From assembly GCA_035655515.1 (NCBI GenBank), contig DASRUI010000016.1:1-57314 (forward strand): 57,314 nt of DNA. The letters are read 5' to 3'. The number at the start of each line of letters is the position of its first letter. The first letter of the stretch is position 1. Positions 50,754-57,314 of this stretch are shown in pieces. The position numbers and the translations under genes were made by a program. Below the pieces are notes generated by a model. The model saw nothing but the letters and a program-made list of their open reading frames with translations, did not search any database and had not been told where the DNA came from. The DNA is from Thermodesulfobacteriota bacterium (lineage in GTDB: Bacteria; Desulfobacterota; GWC2-55-46; DRQE01).

Positions 50754-52037
50754 CTAAAGCCCCCTTAAACTCTTATCAACGGCCGAAAGGGTATTTTCCA
50801 AGTCGGCCTTGGAATGGGCGAGGCTCACGAACACGGCCTCGAACTGGGAAGGCGGAAGAAATATTCCGGACTTCGTCATGCGCGAAAAATACGCCGCGAA
50901 TTTCGAGGTATCGCTCTTTTTCGCGTCACTGTAATTCTCGACCTTGTCCGGAGTGAAAAACAAGGTGAACATGCTCCCTGCCCTCTGAACCCTGCAACCG
51001 ACCCCGCGCCGCTTGGCTATCTTCTCTATGCCTTCGCAGAGCGCGGCGGAAGAGGCCAGAAGTTTTTCGTACGCGCCTTTTTTCTTAAGTAATTTAAGAG
51101 TCTCTATGCCGGCGGTCATGGCGAGCGGATTGCCTGAAAGAGTTCCTGCCTGATAAACAGGCCCGGACGGAGAGAGCATCTCCATTATCTCTTTTCGCCC
51201 GCCGAACGCCCCCACCGGAAGCCCTCCTCCTATGACCTTGCCGAGGCACGTCAAATCAGGCCTTATGCCGTAAACGTCCTGCGCCCCTCCGTAACAGAGC
51301 CTGAAGCCGCTCATCACCTCGTCCATTATGAGAAGCGCGCCGAAGCGGTCGAGTATCTCCGAGAGGCCTTCGAGAAAACCCTCTTTAGGAGGAACAACTC
51401 CCATATTGCCGGGCACTCCCTCTATTATGACGCATGCCACGCCTTCGGGGTCTGCCTCGAATATGGCTCGGACAGAATCCAAATCATTATAAACGGCCGT
51501 ATAGGTGTTTGCCGCCGTGCCGGCCGGCACGCCCGGACTGTCCGGAATTCCGAAGGTAGCGGCGCCGCTTCCGGCCTTTACCAGAAGCCCGTCCGAGTGG
51601 CCGTGATACCCGCCCTCGAATTTTATGAGCTTGTCTCTTTTGGTGTAGGCCCGGGCGAGCCTTATGGCGCTCATCGTGGCTTCGGTGCCGGAATTTACGA
51701 ACCTCACCATCTCAATCGAAGAGAAGGCCTCGACCACCATAGAGGCGAGTTCGACCTCGAGCTCGGTCGGAGCGCCGTAACTCGTGCCGCGCTCTAACGC
51801 TTTTTTAAGCGCGGACGTAACCTTCGGGTGCGCGTGGCCGAGTATCATGGGTCCCCAACTTCCTATGTAATCGATGTAGGAATTGCCGTCCACGTCGTAT
51901 ATCTTCGAGCCTTTGGCCTTTTTTATGAAAAGCGGATTGCCTCCGACCGCCTTCAACGCCCTGACCGGGCTGTTGACTCCGCCGGGCATAAGGCCCAAAG
52001 CCTTTTTCATGATGCGCTTGGAATTGGAAGTGCCCAT
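50754..52037 (-). CDS. hemL: Glutamate-1-semialdehyde 2,1-aminomutase
   Basis: [11 protein letters not shown]..., [22 protein letters not shown], and the lysine region [17 protein letters not shown]. Confidence 0.95.
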   Translation of the reverse strand: MGTSNSKRIMKKALGLMPGGVNSPVRALKAVGGNPLFIKKAKGSKIYDVDGNSYIDYIGSWGPMILGHAHPKVTSALKKALERGTSYGAPTELEVELASMVVEAFSSIEMVRFVNSGTEATMSAIRLARAYTKRDKLIKFEGGYHGHSDGLLVKAGSGAATFGIPDSPGVPAGTAANTYTAVYNDLDSVRAIFEADPEGVACVIIEGVPGNMGVVPPKEGFLEGLSEILDRFGALLIMDEVMSGFRLCYGGAQDVYGIRPDLTCLGKVIGGGLPVGAFGGRKEIMEMLSPSGPVYQAGTLSGNPLAMTAGIETLKLLKKKGAYEKLLASSAALCEGIEKIAKRRGVGCRVQRAGSMFTLFFTPDKVENYSDAKKSDTSKFAAYFSRMTKSGIFLPPSQFEAVFVSLAHSKADLENTLSAVDKSLRGL

Positions 52038-52061
52038 TTAAAAACTCCTTTGAATTGGCTC

Positions 52062-52155
52062 TGTCATTTCGAGCAAGTGAGCCGAAGCCCCCGTTAAAAC
52101 GGGGGGAGAAATCTTGAACTTACAAGCCGGATTTCTCCCTCCGGTCGAAATGACA
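52062..52155. repeat. Three-way hairpin element upstream of hemL
   Basis: A perfect outer 11-bp stem TGTCATTTCGA/TCGAAATGACA encloses CCCCCGttaaaaCGGGGG and GGAGAAATC...GATTTCTCC hairpins. Confidence 0.65.
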
Positions 52156-52305
52156 AATGTTTGGTCCTTTGAATATTTTCAATGCGCCATAAAAAACAAC
52201 CAGTCAATATACTACACTAAGGCGAAAAACCATGTCAATTGTTTAATGGCCCGATAATGCAATGACACGCCGATTCCCTCGCGCTGCCGCGTAAACGCCT
52301 TCCAA

Positions 52306-52322
52306 TGCCTAAATTTTAGGCA
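52306..52322. promoter_or_regulatory. Perfect 17-bp palindrome, candidate enhancer-binding-protein (UAS) site for the nirB sigma-54 promoter
   Basis: TGCCTAAATTTTAGGCA, centred ~57 bp upstream of the -24 element. Confidence 0.35.
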
Positions 52323-52363
52323 AACAGCCGATAAAAGACCGATTTACGGCCAATATACGCCCT

Positions 52364-52378
52364 TGGCACGGAAGTTGC
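52364..52378 (+). promoter_or_regulatory. Sigma-54 (-24/-12) promoter
   Basis: TGGCACggaagTTGCT matches the TGGCAC-N5-TTGC(A/T) consensus with correct GG/GC spacing. It lies 41 nt upstream of the nirB ATG. Confidence 0.7.
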
Positions 52379-52418
52379 TTTATATATTAAAGATAGAAAG
52401 GACACAAGGGGGCAGGAT

Positions 52419-54797
52419 ATGAAAAAAGAACTCGTAGTCATAGGCAACGGAATGGCGGGGGCGGCCGCAATAGAGGAGATAATCAAATTCTCGCCTGAGC
52501 GCTACAACATAACGGTCTTCGGCAAGGAAAAACACACCAACTATAACAGGGTTCTCCTGACCGACGTGCTAAGCGGAAAAAAGACTCTTAAAGACATAAC
52601 CCTGAATACGCCGGAGTGGTACAAAGAGCGCGGAATAAAACTCCTTACGGGTTGCGGAATAGAAAAAATCAACAGGGCGAAGCGCACAGTAATCGCGAAA
52701 GACGGAACAGAAACCAAATACGACAAACTCGTCCTCGCGACCGGCTCGACCGCGATAATGCCGCCCATAAAGGGCGCGGAAAAGGGCGGCGTATTCTCGT
52801 TCCGCGACGTCGAGGACTGCGAAAAGATTACGGCGGCCCTCGATGACTGCAAGCGCGCCGTCGTCATAGGCGGCGGACTCATAGGGCTTGAGGTGGCCAA
52901 AGGCCTCTTATCCATGGGAAAACACGTTACGGTCGTTCACCTCATGAATAGGCTCATGGAAAGGCAGTTAGATGCAATCGCGGCCGCCTACCTCAAAGAA
53001 GACCTCGAAAAGGCCGGAATGGAGATACTCCTCGAAAAAGAGGCTTTGGAGTTCACCGGAGAAGACAAAATAAACGGCATAAGGTTCAAGGACGGCTCGA
53101 CAATCGAATGCGGCATGGCCGTGGTTGCCGTCGGCATAAAGCCCAATATGGAACTCGCAAAAAACTCGGGCATATACTGCGAAAAAGGAATCGTGGTGAG
53201 CGACACCATGCAGACCTACGACCCGTCTGTTTACGCGGTCGGGGAATGCGTCCAGCACAGGGGCGCGACCTTCGGCCTCGTGGTGCAGGTCTTCGAGCAG
53301 GCAAGGGTTCTGGCCAACCATCTGGCCGCGGACTCGAGGCTCATGTTCAAAAACAGCCCCGTATCGGTGAAACTCAAGGTCTCGGGCATAGAGCTTTATT
53401 CGGCGGGCGACGTTCAAGCCAAAGATAACGCTGACGCGATCGAATACGCGGACAAAGGCGGGAGGATTTACAAAAAACTCTTCATAGAAGACAAAAAACT
53501 TAAGGGCATGGTCCTCTACGGCGACACGGCCGACGGGGGCCGCCTCTTCCAATACCTCGTCGAAGGCGCGGACATTTCCGAAAGAAGAAAAACGCTCCTC
53601 TTCGGGGACGTTATCGCGTCCCGCCATATCGCCGATATGCCGGATAACGCGATAGTCTGCGGCTGCAACGGGGTAACGAAAAAAACGATAGTCGAGGCCA
53701 TAGAGAAAAAGGGTCTCTTCACCAAAGAGGACGTGTCGCGCGAAACCAAGGCGGGGACCGGGTGCGGCGGGTGCGGAAGCATCGTGGAAGGTATTCTCGA
53801 AAGCATATTGGGTTCGAGCTTCCGCTCCAAAAAATCCTCGGAGGGAATCTGCGAGTGCACGAAATACTCGCGCGAGGACGTCATAAAAAACATAAGAGAA
53901 AAGAATCTCCGCTCCGTCGCGGAGGTGATGGAAACCCTCGGATGGGAAACGGTCGGATGCGAAAAATGCAGGCCGGCCCTTAATTACTACGTCTCCATGA
54001 TTAATCCCGCCGGATTCAACGACGACCCGACCTCGCGCCTCGTGAACGAACGCGCGAAGGCGAATATCCAGAAGGACGGAATGTTTTCGGTGGTGCCGAG
54101 GATGTACGGAGGGGTAACCACGGCGAGCGACCTTAAGCGCATAGCCGAGGTGGCGGAAAAATACAACGTGGCTCTCGTAAAATTGACCGGCGGACAGAGG
54201 ATAGACCTCCTCGGAGTGAAAAAAGACGACCTGCCCTCCGTGTGGAAAGACCTCGACATGACCTCGGGGCACGCCTACGCGAAGGCCTTAAGGACCGTAA
54301 AGACCTGCGTGGGGGCGAAGTTTTGCCGCTACGGAACTCAGGACTCCCTCGGCCTCGGAATTGAAATCGAAAAACGCTTCGAGGGTTTGACTGCTCCGGC
54401 GAAGATAAAAATCGGGGTGAGCGGGTGTCCGAGAAACTGCGCCGAGTTCTCGATAAAGGACGTCGGAGTGCTCGGAATACAGGGCGGATATGAAATCTAC
54501 GTCGGGGGGTGCGGCGGGATAAAGCTAAAATCAGCCGAGCTTCTCGCCCCGGTAACCTCTTCCGAAGAGGTCATAGAGATTATTGGCGCGTTTTTACAGC
54601 ATTACAGGGAAGAGGCCGAATACGGAGAAAGGACTTACGCGTGGGCGCAGAGGGTCGGAATCGAGACAATCAAAAACGCCGTCGTGGTTGACAAGAAGAA
54701 AAGGGAGAGGCTTTTCAAAAGCCTTTCCGAGGCCTTGAGAGCGACGGAAGACCCGTGGAAGGAAAAGAATAAAAACGAGATTGCGCTCCCGAACTGA
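52419..54797 (+). CDS. nirB: Assimilatory NAD(P)H-nitrite reductase large subunit
   Basis: N-terminal FAD/NAD fold (VVIGNGMAGAAAIEE, VVIGGGLIGLE), two BFD-like 2Fe-2S motifs (CGCNGVTK...GTGCGGC and CECTK...CEKCRP), and siroheme/4Fe-4S motifs CVGAKFCRYG and SGCPRNCAE. Confidence 0.92.
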   Translation: MKKELVVIGNGMAGAAAIEEIIKFSPERYNITVFGKEKHTNYNRVLLTDVLSGKKTLKDITLNTPEWYKERGIKLLTGCGIEKINRAKRTVIAKDGTETKYDKLVLATGSTAIMPPIKGAEKGGVFSFRDVEDCEKITAALDDCKRAVVIGGGLIGLEVAKGLLSMGKHVTVVHLMNRLMERQLDAIAAAYLKEDLEKAGMEILLEKEALEFTGEDKINGIRFKDGSTIECGMAVVAVGIKPNMELAKNSGIYCEKGIVVSDTMQTYDPSVYAVGECVQHRGATFGLVVQVFEQARVLANHLAADSRLMFKNSPVSVKLKVSGIELYSAGDVQAKDNADAIEYADKGGRIYKKLFIEDKKLKGMVLYGDTADGGRLFQYLVEGADISERRKTLLFGDVIASRHIADMPDNAIVCGCNGVTKKTIVEAIEKKGLFTKEDVSRETKAGTGCGGCGSIVEGILESILGSSFRSKKSSEGICECTKYSREDVIKNIREKNLRSVAEVMETLGWETVGCEKCRPALNYYVSMINPAGFNDDPTSRLVNERAKANIQKDGMFSVVPRMYGGVTTASDLKRIAEVAEKYNVALVKLTGGQRIDLLGVKKDDLPSVWKDLDMTSGHAYAKALRTVKTCVGAKFCRYGTQDSLGLGIEIEKRFEGLTAPAKIKIGVSGCPRNCAEFSIKDVGVLGIQGGYEIYVGGCGGIKLKSAELLAPVTSSEEVIEIIGAFLQHYREEAEYGERTYAWAQRVGIETIKNAVVVDKKKRERLFKSLSEALRATEDPWKEKNKNEIALPN

Positions 54798-54950
54798 AGG
54801 GCGGCGAAGGTTGTTACGAAATTGCTTTGCCCGTTCGTCCTGAGCCTGTCGAAGGGTGAACTGGAAAGGTCGGTGCAGGTTCTTGCGAGATTGCTTCGCT
54901 TTCTACCCTCTCCCCCGAGAGGGAGTTCTGAGAAGGAATTACACACACCA

Positions 54951-55667
54951 CTATTTTCGCTTAGCAAAATATTTTTCAAGTTCTGAGAACAACTTCAGAT
55001 GTGTTTCGCTATCAGTAGGACTTGCTGTATAAAAATGCCTTTCTTTCAATGGAATACCCACTCTTGGTTCCATTCTTAAAACTTTAGATTCTATTCTTGC
55101 ACGACTGCCCTGCAATCTATTATCCGTTATTTGATAAGTAATTTCAAAAGCCAAGGAATGTGGCGTTATATTAACTTTTGCCTTATTATCAATAGATGAA
55201 GAACAAGCTTTAGTAGCTTGCTTTTTAATAAAAGAGGTGAATTTTTTCGAGAAAATATCGCTGTAATCAAAATCAAAAGAAACAGCACATGTTGTTTGTG
55301 GAACAATAAGTAAAGGACTTTTTTTAAGCATTTGTCCATCAGGGTCTATGTCAGACAGTAATTTTGCAATCTGATTATAAAATTTATTTGCAATGGCAGT
55401 ATCTCCGAGTATTTTTATTACTATCTTATTTATCTCAACTACAAGCATTTCTATTGGATAAACTCTCTCATCAGTTTTAAACTCGCCCAGTTTCATTAAA
55501 ATTCCCACCACATTTTTAGAGTCGTCTTCAATGGGCGTAATTTGAGTAAAAGCAAATGGTGCCATCAAGTTCTTCAGATTGGTTGCCGTAAGAAGCTTTT
55601 TAAAAGGGATAACGTCGGCCTCATAAAGCCTAGTCTGTATAATACTAATATCCGAAATATTCTTCAT
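54951..55667 (-). CDS. Hypothetical protein, 238 aa, no recognisable family
   Basis: AT-rich ORF with a GGAGG RBS, 41 nt downstream of the long hicB gene. No TM segment or catalytic motif recognised by eye. Confidence 0.6.
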   Translation of the reverse strand: MKNISDISIIQTRLYEADVIPFKKLLTATNLKNLMAPFAFTQITPIEDDSKNVVGILMKLGEFKTDERVYPIEMLVVEINKIVIKILGDTAIANKFYNQIAKLLSDIDPDGQMLKKSPLLIVPQTTCAVSFDFDYSDIFSKKFTSFIKKQATKACSSSIDNKAKVNITPHSLAFEITYQITDNRLQGSRARIESKVLRMEPRVGIPLKERHFYTASPTDSETHLKLFSELEKYFAKRK

Positions 55668-55708
55668 TAGTTCCTCCGCTATTTTTACTCTTTTACGAGT
55701 ATTTGTTT

Positions 55709-56332
55709 TTAATGTTTGCTTTGTGGTCCGCCGCTTGAAAATTCTTCATTAAATTGTACATCGTCAATTCCTCCGCTTTTTTCATAAACCCTTTGCGCCT
55801 CATCGTATGAACTTGAAATCACCGGAAGCTTTCCTGATGCTTGATTTGTCAATTGCTCTACCGATGATAACGGATGTCCTTTAGATGTATCAACAACCAG
55901 ATATGCCGTCCCAAGCCTATACGTCAAAGCCGTTATTGTTTTTATCACTTCTTCTACTTTTGATTCTAATTTATCGGATGCCTTACTTACTCCGATCCCT
56001 TCCGCAAGAATGTTATTCATAAGCTGATTAATGCTAACACCCTCCTGAGATGCCTTCTCACTAAGTTTTGAATGTAAAGTCCTTGTAGTCCTCAATGTAA
56101 TCCTACCACTAACTTGAGGAACAGTAGATGGTTCTGGAATAACCCATCCTTCCTTGAAAGCAACCGTAAGCCATTCGTCTTTTACCTTTAAAACTTTTTT
56201 TGCAGCTTCAACATATGATTCGCCATCTGCCATACAACCGGGAAGGTCAGGGAATTTTGCAAAAAATACCCCATCTTCAACTTCTATATCCATTTTATAA
56301 TCAAGTTTCAAGTAATATTTCAAATCCTTCAT
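55709..56332 (-). CDS. hicB: HicB-family antitoxin with RHH-like DNA-binding region and an extra ~95-aa C-terminal tail
   Basis: ATG 56332 overlaps the upstream stop (ATGA). The HicB fold FFAKFPDLPGCMADGESYVEAAKKVLKVKDEWL is followed by GRITLRTTRTLHSKLSEKASQEGVSINQLMNNIL (ribbon-helix-helix pattern). Confidence 0.7.
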   Translation of the reverse strand: MKDLKYYLKLDYKMDIEVEDGVFFAKFPDLPGCMADGESYVEAAKKVLKVKDEWLTVAFKEGWVIPEPSTVPQVSGRITLRTTRTLHSKLSEKASQEGVSINQLMNNILAEGIGVSKASDKLESKVEEVIKTITALTYRLGTAYLVVDTSKGHPLSSVEQLTNQASGKLPVISSSYDEAQRVYEKSGGIDDVQFNEEFSSGGPQSKH

Positions 56333-56601
56333 ATTGATTCCTCCGACTCTTTCTCTTTCAAAAGCTCGATCGCCTCTAAACATTTTTTTATATAAGGCCG
56401 TTTAACTTTATTTTCTCTACCATGCGGAATTGGAACATGTGGCAAACTCTCAGTTTTAAGTTTCTCATTCTTGAAAAAATAACCGTCAGATGCCCTTTCT
56501 GGCATGAACCCATAATATTTCATTAGTCTTAATAAAATATCAATCGTTACATTGTTCGGTCCATTCTCGACTTTTAATAGCAACTTTTCTTTTTTTGACA
56601 T
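56329..56601 (-). CDS. hicA: HicA-like toxin (YcfA/HicA family, divergent)
   Basis: 90 aa, placed directly upstream of hicB. LLRLMKYYGFMPERASDGYFFKNE...HVPIPHGRENKVKRPYIKKCLEAI resembles the HicA GF..R..G..F....vP.H....k.g....il pattern but lacks the usual GSH. Confidence 0.5.
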   Translation of the reverse strand: MSKKEKLLLKVENGPNNVTIDILLRLMKYYGFMPERASDGYFFKNEKLKTESLPHVPIPHGRENKVKRPYIKKCLEAIELLKEKESEESI

Positions 56602-56672
56602 TATTCATACCCTAAGTAAAGTAAATTAGCAAAATGCCACCACATATAATGTCATAAAATTCATTGGATAAT

Positions 56673-56700
56673 AGTATAACACCAAAAAATAAAAAATCAA
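56673..56700 (-). promoter_or_regulatory. Sigma-70-type promoter candidate for hicA-hicB
   Basis: Minus strand: TTGATT, 16 nt, TATACT. Confidence 0.35.
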
Positions 56701-56866
56701 CATAAAAATGGTTGGGGGAAATGCTTGTACAGCTACTTTTTAATTTATTTTCTGCTTTTTCACCAGAACTATCGTTGTAAATATACTATTAGACGGAAAG
56801 TTTCTGTGCCCTGCGCCTAACGATGACCCACTACCTACTTTTTCCGTTTTTCCGCATCCTGCCCCA

Positions 56867-57139
56867 TCACCTCCTGAACTCCACCGAAGCCCCGAATTGA
56901 GTGAACCTGAATCCCGACGCCGTGCCGGGCTTCTTCCTGAAGAGTTCTATGGAATGGCCTTTCTCTTTCTCCGAGCCGCTTATGAACGATTGCGCCAGAA
57001 TGCGGTATCGGATTCTCGCCTCGTCGAGCCATCCGTAAAACTTCGACATATAGAGCCTACGCAAGACATCGACGACGAACATGCCGAATATCAGAAACGA
57101 TATCCCGGCTATCACTATGAATAGAAGCTTATAGGCCAT
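56867..57139 (-). CDS. Hypothetical small membrane protein
   Basis: From ATG 57139: MAYKLLFIVIAGISFLIFGMFVVDVL..., one TM. No family recognised, and it may be a truncated gene. Confidence 0.3.
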   Translation of the reverse strand: MAYKLLFIVIAGISFLIFGMFVVDVLRRLYMSKFYGWLDEARIRYRILAQSFISGSEKEKGHSIELFRKKPGTASGFRFTQFGASVEFRR

Positions 57140-57182
57140 AATAATCCGATTCAAACTATAGCCCGAATCGAACAAAGGTCAA

Positions 57183-57215
57183 GAAAAAGGGGGTTGACGA
57201 AATCGTCAACCCCCC
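57183..57215 (-). terminator. Rho-independent terminator after tRNA-Phe
   Basis: 11-bp stem GGGGGTTGACG/CGTCAACCCCC with a 4-nt loop. The minus-strand reading is followed by TTTTTCTT. Confidence 0.7.
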
Positions 57216-57231
57216 TTTCCCTTTATGTCCA

Positions 57232-57307
57232 TGGTGCCCGGAGACGGAATCGAACCGCCGACACGAGGATTTTCAGTCCTCTGCTCTACCGGCTGAGCTA
57301 TCCGGGC
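57232..57307 (-). tRNA. tRNA-Phe (GAA)
   Basis: The reverse complement is GCCCGGATAGCTCAGCCGGTAGAGCAGAGGACTGAAAATCCTCGTGTCGGCGGTTCGATTCCGTCTCCGGGCACCA. It folds as a canonical cloverleaf with anticodon loop CTGAAAA and an encoded CCA. Confidence 0.93.
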
Positions 57308-57314
57308 ATGAAAT

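Noticed and set aside
52968-54272. 434-aa minus-strand ORF inside nirB.
   Set aside because: It is antisense to a gene with clear NirB motifs. It has no start context or motifs of its own.
56835-57032. 65-aa minus-strand ORF overlapping the 56867-57139 ORF in another frame.
   Set aside because: It has no RBS or motif. The overlapping frame with an N-terminal TM helix is the better, though still weak, candidate.
56602-57314. tRNA-Phe-adjacent integrative element (and likewise at tRNA-Gln 26463-26537).
   Set aside because: No integrase or recombinase gene is present, and I could find no direct repeat of the tRNA 3' end. The AT-rich island is small and may be an old remnant.

Overview
This is a 57.3-kb bacterial chromosomal segment of moderately high G+C. 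It has no rRNA, CRISPR array, integrase or transposase, and almost all genes lie on the minus strand.

Gene content, left to right:
- hemE (partial).
- A six-gene Arn-like envelope glycosylation cluster: two SAM methyltransferases, an HpcH-type aldolase-fold enzyme, a GT2, an NAD-epimerase/dehydratase and a GT-C-like membrane protein.
- A trmJ-like gene and an FAD protein.
- A visibly AT-rich island: orphan hicB, an HNH-nuclease protein, a TM protein, an untracked 47-aa CxxC peptide, and relE with its antitoxin.
- htpX; DUF116-fmt-def; priA; dnaB; rplI-rpsR-rpsF; ychF; hppA; pth-ctc-prs-tRNA-Gln-ispE.
- A complete complex I operon (nuoA at 45999 down to nuoN at 31120), followed by three more translationally coupled membrane genes (30974 to 27429).
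- A C-N hydrolase, and a 28-aa basic micro-ORF with its own promoter, SD and terminator.
- An AT-rich TPR gene, then hemL with an NSS transporter and a MetS-like peptide.
- nirB behind a sigma-54 promoter.
- A second AT-rich island (hicA-like, long hicB, unknown 238-aa protein), then tRNA-Phe.

The stand-out feature is the complex I locus:
- There is no canonical nuoL between nuoK and nuoM.
- It has a near-identical tandem nuoM pair.
- It carries five antiporter-like genes in total.
- The terminal subunit has a lateral-helix motif that is tandemly repeated through an exact 90-bp in-frame DNA repeat.
- A stand-alone cNMP-binding protein is inserted between nuoG and nuoH.
- Nested-hairpin repeat elements occupy five of the operon's intergenic gaps.

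All calls come from reading the translations and sequence by eye. No database search was run.
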